DNA of 39,461 bases, taken from an uncultured Bacilli bacterium (GTDB lineage: Bacteria > Bacillota_I > Bacilli_A > RFN20 > CAG-826). Under the pieces are notes generated by a model. It was given only the letters and a program-made list of their open reading frames with translations. It did no database searches and was not told the DNA's origin. Position 1 is the first letter of the stretch. Each line of letters opens with the position of its first letter. The translations under genes and the position numbers were made by a program. The stretch covers positions 1 through 39,461 of the forward strand of contig CAJOPR010000022.1 of assembly GCA_905236395.1 (NCBI GenBank), read 5' to 3'. Positions 1 through 9,430 of this stretch are shown one piece after another.

Positions 1-1305
1 AACCCATCATGGTATAGAGATGGTGAAAGCCATTACTACTATTATGGTAAGTTCGGTTCTGGTATGCCTGAGATTAACTATCTCAACGAAAATACCAGAA
101 AACTCGTTATCGATATGGCTAAATACTGGATGTCCTTCGGTTTAGATGGCTTCCGTCTTGACGCAGTCAAACACATCTTCATGAGAGATGAATGCTATCA
201 ACAAGGCGATGTCATCATTCCTGATACCGGAAGTAAGACATCCTATAATACCGATACTGGCAAGACAGAAACCAGAGGTTTCGACTACTCCTCTAACGTC
301 ACAAAGAACGTTATGTGGTGGAAAGAATTTGCCCACGGTGTTAAGAACTCTTATCCAGATTGTTTCTTAGTCGGTGAAAACTTCGATGGTTGGGGAACAA
401 GAACCGCTCCTTACTATCAAGCGCTAGACTCTCAATTTAGTTTCTCACATTATTATCACATTCCTGCATACTTGTGGGCGGGCGGACACGCCGGTAGCTT
501 CAAGACACAAGCTGCAGAATCATATGACACATATGCATCATCCTCAATGTTCAACTTGGGTGATACAGGCATCTCCGTCCAAGGTGGTGGCAGAAGCGAC
601 TTCATCGATGGCGCTTTCACCTCTAACCACGACGTTATGAGAGCGATTAACCAAGCAAATGGTACAGGTACTGCCGCTGGCACAACCGCTTTAAATAAAG
701 TCACAGGCACTGCTGAACAAATTAATAAAGCAAAGATTCATGCCGCTGTCACTATCTTTGACCAAGGTATTTCTTGGATCTATTACGGTGATGAATTAGG
801 TATGTCTTCTAATACAGACAAACATAATGATCAAGATCATTACCCAGAAATCGGTGAAAATAACATCGATATTTGGTACCGTCAACCATACTTGTGGCAT
901 AGTGAATCATCTAGACCAAACTACAAGTCTGGTGAATTCAGATTTGAATTAGATGACTATAACAAGACTTTAGCGGATTACGAAGCGCAAAAGGCTGATG
1001 CTAATTCTATGTATAGTTTCTATAAGGAATTAACAAGAATTAAAGGATTATATCCATCATCTGCGAAGATTGAATATCATGAAACAACTGGTGACAATAC
1101 ATTAGTTATTAAAGTAACAGGTATTGGCAAATCCTTAGCAATCTTCATTAACGTTGGTAGAACTGGTGAATCATATTCTATGAATCCATCATTCGTTCTC
1201 GGCAAGAGCGCTGTTAACGTAGCCGCTCTTAATGGTGCCCCATCCACAGTGGGTGGAGATATCGGAGCAACTCCGTATGGCATCTCGGTGTGGCAAGCAG
1301 AATAG
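1..1305 (+). CDS. GH13 alpha-amylase family protein, 5'-truncated by the window edge
   Basis: Frame is open from base 1 (NPSWYRDGESHYYYYGKFGSGMPEINY). GH13 motifs MPEINY, DGFRLDAVKH, VGENF and FTSNHD. Confidence 0.9.
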   Translation, partial: NPSWYRDGESHYYYYGKFGSGMPEINYLNENTRKLVIDMAKYWMSFGLDGFRLDAVKHIFMRDECYQQGDVIIPDTGSKTSYNTDTGKTETRGFDYSSNVTKNVMWWKEFAHGVKNSYPDCFLVGENFDGWGTRTAPYYQALDSQFSFSHYYHIPAYLWAGGHAGSFKTQAAESYDTYASSSMFNLGDTGISVQGGGRSDFIDGAFTSNHDVMRAINQANGTGTAAGTTALNKVTGTAEQINKAKIHAAVTIFDQGISWIYYGDELGMSSNTDKHNDQDHYPEIGENNIDIWYRQPYLWHSESSRPNYKSGEFRFELDDYNKTLADYEAQKADANSMYSFYKELTRIKGLYPSSAKIEYHETTGDNTLVIKVTGIGKSLAIFINVGRTGESYSMNPSFVLGKSAVNVAALNGAPSTVGGDIGATPYGISVWQAE

Positions 1306-1317
1306 GAGGTATAGACA

Positions 1318-2883
1318 ATGAAAAAGACAGTTTTAAGAACATTACTTATCTCCTTAGCAGCATTTATGCTCACAGGCTGTGTCCTTTATAACGGACGCAA
1401 TAAAGACGGCTCACCTAAAGGTGGTGGCTCATCTCAAACCAGTTCAGAAACATCTGAATCTGGAGGTGATATTTCTTCATCTGAAGGTGGTGGCGAAGAA
1501 GAATCTAGCAGTAGTTCTTCTGAAGTTACTCCTCCACCAGAAGGAATGGTCAACTTATACTTCGTATTAGGCCCACACGGCATGCTTAATGGCGATGCTG
1601 GTCATAATGTTGAAGCGAAGTTCCTCGAACACACAATCGTTAGTCAATTAGCCTATGGCGCTGACTTGCCAACAGCAACAGAAGTTACGTCTTCTATCTC
1701 TGGCTCTACATTCTCACACTGGGTTGATAGAGCCACAACCGAACAAGTTAGCAAAGTTACTGTTGATTCTCATATCACAGAACAAGTTTTAGTAGCGGTC
1801 TTCGGTGGTGGTGAAGGTGGTAATACGCCAATCGCACCAGAAGACGGATTACCAGATTCTGGATTTGGTTTCTTATTCAGTGACCACACTAAAGAAACAC
1901 CTCACTATAAAGTGGCGGTTGATGCACAAGATGAAGGCGACTTTAAACAAAAGAAAATTGCTGATTTCCAAATGATTCAAGGACAACAGTTCCAATTATA
2001 TGACTTTGGAGAAAAAGCTGGATGGACAGTGCCACTAGATACACATTCTTGTGGTGGACAACCAGACAAATACATTACCAGAGGCGAATCTTGGTACACA
2101 GTTAATGAGACATTCAACGCAATCGATATTTATATCAAGTTGAAACTCGGTGAAGACCAACTTTACATCGGTAAAGAAAGAGAACCTGGTGATTTACCAG
2201 ATTCCGGTTTCGGTTTCTTGTTCAAGACCGAAGCAGGTGTTGAACCATACTACAAGTTATCAACAGATGTTGGCATGGATGGTGATTACCATCAATATAA
2301 GATTGATGACTTCAGACTTGTCCAAGGACAACAGTTCCAAATCTATGATTTCGGCAACAGTGCTGGATGGACAGTCGAACTTGACCCATATTCCTGTGGT
2401 AGCAACCCAAGTGCATATATCACCAAAGGTGATACTTGGTACGCAGTCATTCAAACGTTTGATGCAGTTGACATCTACATCAAAACAAAATACCAAGCTG
2501 ACCAACTTTACATTGGTTTAGCTGGTGGCTCCACACCAGAACCAGATCCAAGTTCAGTACCAACCACAATCTATTTTGCCCCTAACGCAAGTTGGAAATC
2601 CGATGGCGCAAAATTCGCTATCTATTTCTCCGATGAAACTTGGGCAATGGGCACAGATAGCGATAGTGACGGTATATACGAATTTGATAATAGTGCAAAG
2701 AAAACACAAGTCATCTTTGTTCGTTTGAGTTCAACCGCAACTGCTGGTAGCTGGACAGATAAATGGAATCAATCCCCAGCTCAAGATCAAGGCTTCCACT
2801 CAGTCCCAACTGATGGCAAAAATTTAGCCACAGCAGGCGATGGTTGGGATGGATGTTCCATCACTTGGTCAGTCAAAGCTTAA
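1318..2883 (+). CDS. Non-catalytic multidomain lipoprotein, probable starch-binding surface protein
   Basis: GGAGG RBS, lipobox MLTGC, S/E/G-rich linker, two ~108-aa repeats and a Trp-rich C-terminal module resembling CBM26-like domains. Function inferred from context. Confidence 0.65.
   Translation: MKKTVLRTLLISLAAFMLTGCVLYNGRNKDGSPKGGGSSQTSSETSESGGDISSSEGGGEEESSSSSSEVTPPPEGMVNLYFVLGPHGMLNGDAGHNVEAKFLEHTIVSQLAYGADLPTATEVTSSISGSTFSHWVDRATTEQVSKVTVDSHITEQVLVAVFGGGEGGNTPIAPEDGLPDSGFGFLFSDHTKETPHYKVAVDAQDEGDFKQKKIADFQMIQGQQFQLYDFGEKAGWTVPLDTHSCGGQPDKYITRGESWYTVNETFNAIDIYIKLKLGEDQLYIGKEREPGDLPDSGFGFLFKTEAGVEPYYKLSTDVGMDGDYHQYKIDDFRLVQGQQFQIYDFGNSAGWTVELDPYSCGSNPSAYITKGDTWYAVIQTFDAVDIYIKTKYQADQLYIGLAGGSTPEPDPSSVPTTIYFAPNASWKSDGAKFAIYFSDETWAMGTDSDSDGIYEFDNSAKKTQVIFVRLSSTATAGSWTDKWNQSPAQDQGFHSVPTDGKNLATAGDGWDGCSITWSVKA
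1849..2517 (+). repeat. Intragenic tandem domain duplication (1849-2172 and 2194-2517, period 345 nt)
   Basis: Both units read LPDSGFGFLF...QGQQFQ(L/I)YDFG..AGWTV.LD..SCG...YIT.G..WY.V..TF.A.DIYIK.K...DQLYIG. Confidence 0.95.
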
Positions 2884-2900
2884 TTCTTTGAATTAATTTT

Positions 2901-4310
2901 ATGAGAAATAACTTAGGCATTTTACTTCCAGTAGCCTCCTTAGAGGGCAATCATGGTATCGGTGATTTTGGATACCCATCCTTTAAGTTTATTAATTGGT
3001 TATCCAAGAATCATTATAGGTATTGGCAAGTGCTCCCACTTAATCCAGTGGGACCTGGTAATTCACCATATATGAGCACTTGTTCCTATGCCTTAGAGCC
3101 AAGATATATCTCTTTAGACTTATTAGTTAAAGAAGGGCTACTGAAGAAAGTTCCAAATTTCCAAAAAAACACTTCGAAAGTGGACTACCAAAGAACTTTA
3201 TGGTTTAAGGATAAATATCTCTATAAAGCTTATAAAAAGTTCATGAAAAAGCCTTATAGAGGATACCTTAAATTCAAAAGAGAAAATCCTTGGTTAGTGC
3301 CGTACGCCATATTCCTCACATTAAGGTTAAGAAATAACTATGTTATGTGGAATAGATGGAGAAGAGACGATTTAGATTTGTTAAATCTAAAGAAAGCTCC
3401 TAAAGAATTCGAAGATATCGTGGAATTTGAATCTTTCAAACAATTCATTGCTTTCAGACAGTGGGATAAAGTCAGAAAGTACGCGAAAAAGAAAAATGTC
3501 ACCATTATTGCGGATTGTCCATTCTATGTGGGAATCGATTCAATCGACTGCGTCTTAAATAGAGACCAATTCCTACTTGATGAACTATATCATCCAACAG
3601 TGGTGAGTGGTTGCCCACCAGATGCCTTCAGTGATGATGGTCAACTCTGGGGCACCCCAATATATGACTTTAAAAAGATGAAAGAAGATAAGTATCACTT
3701 CTTAATCGAACGTTTAGCGTCATATATGAAAACATGCGATTTATTAAGATTAGATCACTTCCGTGCGTTTGACACATATTGCGTCATTCCTGCGGAGGAT
3801 AGTAACGCTAGAAGAGGCAAATGGGAGAATGGTCCTGCCTATGACTTCTTCGACGAGTTATATAAACAATATCCTAATATTAAATTAATCGCGGAAGACT
3901 TAGGGGGCTTATTCCCATCAGTCTTAGAGCTAAGAGACCATTACAATTTACCAGGCATGTACATCGTCGAATTTACGATCTTCGATAAGAAGGCGATGAG
4001 CACGAATAGACAAATTGTCTATCCTGGTACCCATGACAATCAAACACTCATGGGTTGGTTAAAGACATTGCCGAAAGAAAATGTCGACTTTCTCAAGGTT
4101 AAATTCGGAAAGAACGCCAATTTATTCTCCTCCGTATTTAAATACATTTTGTCCCTACCTTCACTAATGACGATATTCCAGTATCAAGATTTATTGAAGT
4201 TAGACGACAAAGCTAGGATTAATTGTCCTGGCACAGTTAACGACATCAACTGGTCGTTTAAACTGAGGAAGCTAGATAGCAAATTAAAGTTAGATTTATC
4301 AGAGGAATAA
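2901..4310 (+). CDS. malQ: 4-alpha-glucanotransferase (amylomaltase, GH77)
   Basis: GIGDFG, WQVLPLNP, SPY, GCPPDAFSDDGQLWGTP, LRLDHFRAF, IAEDLG, GTHDN. Confidence 0.95.
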   Translation: MRNNLGILLPVASLEGNHGIGDFGYPSFKFINWLSKNHYRYWQVLPLNPVGPGNSPYMSTCSYALEPRYISLDLLVKEGLLKKVPNFQKNTSKVDYQRTLWFKDKYLYKAYKKFMKKPYRGYLKFKRENPWLVPYAIFLTLRLRNNYVMWNRWRRDDLDLLNLKKAPKEFEDIVEFESFKQFIAFRQWDKVRKYAKKKNVTIIADCPFYVGIDSIDCVLNRDQFLLDELYHPTVVSGCPPDAFSDDGQLWGTPIYDFKKMKEDKYHFLIERLASYMKTCDLLRLDHFRAFDTYCVIPAEDSNARRGKWENGPAYDFFDELYKQYPNIKLIAEDLGGLFPSVLELRDHYNLPGMYIVEFTIFDKKAMSTNRQIVYPGTHDNQTLMGWLKTLPKENVDFLKVKFGKNANLFSSVFKYILSLPSLMTIFQYQDLLKLDDKARINCPGTVNDINWSFKLRKLDSKLKLDLSEE

Positions 4311-4362
4311 CTTTAAGTTACTAACTAGTGGATTAACTACTTTATAAGGAGAGGACAGACTT

Positions 4363-7300
4363 ATGAAAAAAGTTAAACAAGTCTTATCAACCTTGTTACC
4401 CTCTTTCTTTGTCTTCGCCTTGGCGAGTTCAGCGATTCCCGCAGCGGTAATTGCTGAGAAGTGGTCTCATAAAACTGAGATCATTAGCCAAGACACCGGT
4501 CATGCGCAGTACGATAAGCCAGACTTTAAGTACTCCGGTGATGGTGATGACGACGAAGACGAGGATGTAAGTGTCGTGGTTGATAAAGTCATTCTCCATT
4601 ACTACAACGAAGGTGGAGGCAATGATGAAAGAGCCTTCTACTTCTGGGTAACGGGAGTTGACGGCGCCGAGTACAACATGAAATTCGGCGAGACCTACAA
4701 TCCTAATGGAATTATGTCCGTGAGCGCTGACAAGACTATGATGACCATTGAACTTGATTTCAAGAATGATAGTCACTTCACCGATTTTGCTAATCGTTCA
4801 GGTATGTATTTCATTATTAAGTATGCATTAAGGAGTGAGACAGACCTCAACTGGGGCGGACAATCAGATGATATGTTCATTAGATACGCTGATTATCCAG
4901 CTGCTGTTAACGCCGACAATGTCTGTGAATTATGGACAATGCCTGCGGCTGGCGGTGGTATTGCTATCTTAGATAGCGAAGCTAAGACCAAAGTCCACGG
5001 TGTTGCTCTCGCTCAATTCACTGACTGGAGAACAATTCAATGTACACTCACAAGTGATACAGTCAGTGTCAACTGGAAATTATACGCATACGATCAAACA
5101 TATTTTAAGATCAAACCAAAGAAACGTGCTGATTACCAAAAGTGGTACCTCGTTAAAGAGGGTGTCGGTACAGGTGATTTCAAGATTAGCTTCAAATATG
5201 ACGCACATATCAATGTTGTCTATTCATTAGAATCCCATGACCCATCCACTGATAGTGACCCAGATATGGCGTCATTAAGCAAGATCGTCACAGTTGGTTT
5301 TGATAAACTATATGACACTGATTATTTCCACACACATTATGAAAACGCGAATAAGGATGCGAAATTGGGCGTCACTTACTCAGCTGAATCTACAACATTC
5401 AGAGTGTGGTCACCAGTCAGTGCTAATATGAATGTTCTTGTTTATGACAAGGATACATCCAGTGAATACTGTGGTTCCACAGACGCAGATACCAAGAAGA
5501 TCTACGACAAATACAACGGCTATCATATGCAATATAGAAGCGGTGGTATTTGGGAAGTCACAATCGATGGTAACTTAGAAGGCAAATACTTTAATTACCA
5601 AGTCGATAATACCTTAGGTACAAACGTCGTCATGGATCCATACGCCACCAGTGCTGGTGCTAATGGTTTACGTGGTCTTATCTATGATAAGAACGGTGCG
5701 AAAGTCACACCAGAAGGTTGGAACAACCTCAAGACAAAATGGGATGGCGAAACTGGTTATGATATCGAAACACCACAAGAATTAACCATCTATGAAGTCC
5801 ACATTCAAGACTTCACAGGCGATGCTTCTTGGAATGGTACAGAGAAACCAGGTACATATAAAGCCTTCGTCGAAAAAGGCACTCGTTTAAAAGGTGAAAC
5901 TGGTGACGAATTCTGGAAGAAGACAGGTTATGATCACTTAGATGGTCTCGGTGTTAATGCAGTGCAAATCATGCCAACATTTGATCATGATAACAACGAA
6001 GTTCCTGAACAAGGCAAAGAAAAATATAACTGGGGTTATAATCCATTGAATTATAACATTCCAGAAGGCGCATACTCATCTGATCCACACGATGGTTACG
6101 CAAGAGTTAAAGAATTTAAAGAAATGGTCTTGGGTATGTCTCAAACTGAGGCACATACCAGAGTTATTATGGACGTTGTTTATAACCACGTTTCATCTGC
6201 AACTGGTTCTAACTTCCATAAGTTAATGCCAAGATACTATTTCAGATATTCAATGAAGGATTACACCTACCATTGGACTGATGGTGATGGTAATCCACAA
6301 ACATCCACAGTCAAAGCAGGCGAATTATGGGACGGCTCAGGCTGCCATAACGAAGTTGCTTCTGAAAGAGTCATGATGAGAAAATTCATTGTTGATTCCT
6401 TATGCATGTGGGCGACCGATTATAAAGTAAAAGGATTTAGATTTGACTTAATGGGTCTTATCGATTTCCGTACGATGATCGAAGCCAAGAAAGCACTTTA
6501 TGCGATTGATCCAGACATTTACCTCTATGGTGAAGGTTGGACCAGTGGTGGATACCATGGTGAAGGTTCTGATGAATGGAACGAATACTATGGCAAACCA
6601 GCACAATCTAACTATGGTGCTATGACATGGCAAGTTTATAACGAAACAAATAACTTCCGTAGTGGTGCTTCTAACGAATGTTACTTAGGTGGTTTTAATG
6701 ATAACTTCCGTAATGCAGTGAGAGGTTCTAACGACGGTGGTGGTGCAGGCTATCCTGGAACCGGTTGGGTCCAAGGTGGTAACTGGGTCGGTGGTGGCGA
6801 CTTCCGTTATGACATCGTTAATAGCGTGACCGCAGGTATGTGGGGCATGAACTATGGTGTCTTCGGTAATGGCCAACCAAATAATGGTGATGCCACTGGT
6901 AGATTCCCAGAACAAACAGTTAACTATGTTAGCTGTCACGATAACTGGACAGTTGCCGATCAATTATTCCAGACAATGTTATCTAGAAGCGTTGATCCAA
7001 TTGCCCCAGCAAACATTGCAGAAGGCATCTTAAGAGCTTCAATTCAAGCTCACGCCTTAACATTTGCTTCTAATGGTGTGGCTTTCATCCTTGGTGGTGA
7101 AGAACTCATGAGAAGTAAACTTATCAAATCTGCAGATGGCACAGTTGATTACACAGCCCAAGTCGCTGATAAAGATTCTTATAGAAGCATGTATGGCAAT
7201 TTGATTAGCCATAACTCCTATAACTCCCCACTTGCTGCTAATGCATTCAAATGGGACAACAAAAAACAAGTGACCTTCAAGGGTGAAAAAGATGGCAGTG

Positions 7301-7689
7301 CGTTCTCAAGTACTATCGCAAATGCTGAATTCAATTACTGTGATGTCTTTAAGTCCATCGTTGCCTTACACAGTAAGAGCATCTTAAAACGTGGCACAAA
7401 CGTTGACAAAGTCGAAGACTTTATGGGCAGCATTGGTACACGTTGGTGGTCTAGAGAAGGTCAAACTGACTTATCTAACTGTGTCGCAATTAGAATGAAC
7501 AAAACAGTCATCTTTGTGGCTGTTGGTCCAATTAACATTGGTGCAGATAACGAATTCCTTGGATGTGATCCTAATGAATTAGTAGATCCAAATGATCCAA
7601 AATTTGGATATGGCTATAGTGAATGGAAAGATACATATCATCTCTTCCCGAAAAACTACAACTTTATCCAAGTACACGACACTAAATAG
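4363..7689 (+). CDS. pulA: Secreted type I pullulanase (GH13) with N-terminal CBM41-like and CBM48-like modules
   Basis: Signal peptide, FRVWSP, DPYA, YNWGYNP, MDVVYNH, GFRFDLMG, YGEGW, YVSCHDN. Confidence 0.9.
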   Translation: MKKVKQVLSTLLPSFFVFALASSAIPAAVIAEKWSHKTEIISQDTGHAQYDKPDFKYSGDGDDDEDEDVSVVVDKVILHYYNEGGGNDERAFYFWVTGVDGAEYNMKFGETYNPNGIMSVSADKTMMTIELDFKNDSHFTDFANRSGMYFIIKYALRSETDLNWGGQSDDMFIRYADYPAAVNADNVCELWTMPAAGGGIAILDSEAKTKVHGVALAQFTDWRTIQCTLTSDTVSVNWKLYAYDQTYFKIKPKKRADYQKWYLVKEGVGTGDFKISFKYDAHINVVYSLESHDPSTDSDPDMASLSKIVTVGFDKLYDTDYFHTHYENANKDAKLGVTYSAESTTFRVWSPVSANMNVLVYDKDTSSEYCGSTDADTKKIYDKYNGYHMQYRSGGIWEVTIDGNLEGKYFNYQVDNTLGTNVVMDPYATSAGANGLRGLIYDKNGAKVTPEGWNNLKTKWDGETGYDIETPQELTIYEVHIQDFTGDASWNGTEKPGTYKAFVEKGTRLKGETGDEFWKKTGYDHLDGLGVNAVQIMPTFDHDNNEVPEQGKEKYNWGYNPLNYNIPEGAYSSDPHDGYARVKEFKEMVLGMSQTEAHTRVIMDVVYNHVSSATGSNFHKLMPRYYFRYSMKDYTYHWTDGDGNPQTSTVKAGELWDGSGCHNEVASERVMMRKFIVDSLCMWATDYKVKGFRFDLMGLIDFRTMIEAKKALYAIDPDIYLYGEGWTSGGYHGEGSDEWNEYYGKPAQSNYGAMTWQVYNETNNFRSGASNECYLGGFNDNFRNAVRGSNDGGGAGYPGTGWVQGGNWVGGGDFRYDIVNSVTAGMWGMNYGVFGNGQPNNGDATGRFPEQTVNYVSCHDNWTVADQLFQTMLSRSVDPIAPANIAEGILRASIQAHALTFASNGVAFILGGEELMRSKLIKSADGTVDYTAQVADKDSYRSMYGNLISHNSYNSPLAANAFKWDNKKQVTFKGEKDGSAFSSTIANAEFNYCDVFKSIVALHSKSILKRGTNVDKVEDFMGSIGTRWWSREGQTDLSNCVAIRMNKTVIFVAVGPINIGADNEFLGCDPNELVDPNDPKFGYGYSEWKDTYHLFPKNYNFIQVHDTK

Positions 7690-7700
7690 GAGGTAAGAAT

Positions 7701-8114
7701 ATGAACAAGAAATTATTATTCTTAGTCGCATTATTACCTCTCATGGCAGGATGCGCGAGCAGCGAAATTTATAAACCGGCATTCCCATACCCAGGTGAAG
7801 ATCCAGAAGTTAAAGAAGAAGACATGACAGTCAACTTCTACTTCGACAACACCCACTCTGATACACCAATCTTCTCTATGAGATGGTATATGCTAGAACC
7901 ATTAGGTTCCTGTCCAGCAGATGCCGACTTAACAAGCGCTGCAACAATTGCAAAATTAGCTAGCGAAGGTATCGCTAGTGATCCACTCTATCCAACATTT
8001 ATTGGATACAGTGAATTCTCTTCATCTATTGATGAAGAACATCTATGGGATTTCTCCACAGATTACAAACAATCCAATGTCTTAAATCTCTATGGCATTT
8101 GGGTGAATAAATAG
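7701..8114 (+). CDS. Small lipoprotein of unknown function, weak InlB B-repeat-like pattern
   Basis: GGAGG RBS, lipobox LMAGC, C-terminal FIGY...WDFSTD...LNLYGIW. Confidence 0.6.
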   Translation: MNKKLLFLVALLPLMAGCASSEIYKPAFPYPGEDPEVKEEDMTVNFYFDNTHSDTPIFSMRWYMLEPLGSCPADADLTSAATIAKLASEGIASDPLYPTFIGYSEFSSSIDEEHLWDFSTDYKQSNVLNLYGIWVNK

Positions 8115-8125
8115 GAGGGCGAGTT

Positions 8126-9415
8126 ATGAATTTAAAAAGAATTACTAGATTAGCTCTCTTAGCTCCAGCCTTATTACTATCCGCGTGTAACTTTAAATAC
8201 GTTTACACAATTGAAGGTTTAGTGATTGCTGGTGGAGATGAATACGATGATGATATCGATGATACAGGTTCATACGATATTAAAGTCTGGGTTGACGATC
8301 GTATCGTTAATTTAACCAAATCACAAATTGGTCAATTCGTGAACAATAGTGGTGGTAAATATAACATCAACGCCACAGTTGAACCAGTTAGTGAAGGCAA
8401 CGCCGCAAGCTCAATGTTACAAGACCCACAAGATGGTGCTGATATCTTCGTCTTTGCGCAAGACCAGTTATCCAGATTGAAGGTCGGTGGTGCATTAGCA
8501 AAGCTAAATTCCTCTTATGTTAACTATTTAACAGAAACAATGGATCAAGGCGCGATTAACGCGGCAAAGGTCAATAATGATGTTTATGCCTTCCCAATCA
8601 CATCCGATAACGGTTACTTCTTATATTATGATAAGAGTGTTATCAGTGATGCAGCGGCCGCAAACATGACAAGCTTACTAGCAGCTTGTAAATCCGCTGG
8701 TAAGACACTTAACTTCGAAGCTAGAAGCAACGGCTTCTATGCTGCTTCATATTTCATGGCTACAGGTTGTTATTCCTCATGGGATATCGACTCTGAAAGT
8801 GGTAAGTTTACAGGTTATCACGATACCTATAATTCTGCCGCTGGATTAGTAGCCGCTAAAGCGATTAGACAACTCGATGATAAATCTTTAGTCGCGACTA
8901 ACTCCCAAGCTAGTAAGCTCGGTGATAAGTCCGCAGCGGTTGTCTCTGGTGTTTGGGAATATGACACAGCTAAAAAACGTTTAGGTACTAACTTAGGATG
9001 CGCTCCATTACCAAGTTTCACTGTTGATGATGCAACCTATCATTTATCTAGCTTTGATGGTTACAAATTATTAGGTGTTAAACCTCAAGTTGATGCTAAA
9101 AAAGCATCAGTCTGCAGAAAACTCGCAAGATTCTTGACTAGTGAAGCTGCTCAAGTCGAAAGATTTAATGAAGCTAACTGGGGCCCAACAAATAAAGAAG
9201 CAGCGGAAGATCCAGCAGTCTTAGCACATGATGGTTTACAAGCCTTAAAAGCACAGCACGAATTTGCCAAACCACAAGGACAATGTCCAGGTGCGTGGTT
9301 CACCGCTTTAGCGACAACCGCTAAAGCGATTACTGCAGGTGCGACTGATGCACAATTAAGAACAATTCTCCAAAACTATGAAAATGGTCTTCAAGAATTG
9401 CTCGACAGCGATTAA
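8126..9415 (+). CDS. malE: Maltodextrin ABC transporter substrate-binding lipoprotein
   Basis: Lipobox LSAC, ADIFVFAQDQL, VYAFP, LYYDK, SGVW, and position before two permeases. Confidence 0.85.
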   Translation: MNLKRITRLALLAPALLLSACNFKYVYTIEGLVIAGGDEYDDDIDDTGSYDIKVWVDDRIVNLTKSQIGQFVNNSGGKYNINATVEPVSEGNAASSMLQDPQDGADIFVFAQDQLSRLKVGGALAKLNSSYVNYLTETMDQGAINAAKVNNDVYAFPITSDNGYFLYYDKSVISDAAAANMTSLLAACKSAGKTLNFEARSNGFYAASYFMATGCYSSWDIDSESGKFTGYHDTYNSAAGLVAAKAIRQLDDKSLVATNSQASKLGDKSAAVVSGVWEYDTAKKRLGTNLGCAPLPSFTVDDATYHLSSFDGYKLLGVKPQVDAKKASVCRKLARFLTSEAAQVERFNEANWGPTNKEAAEDPAVLAHDGLQALKAQHEFAKPQGQCPGAWFTALATTAKAITAGATDAQLRTILQNYENGLQELLDSD

Positions 9416-9430
9416 TAAGGGGGGAATGAA

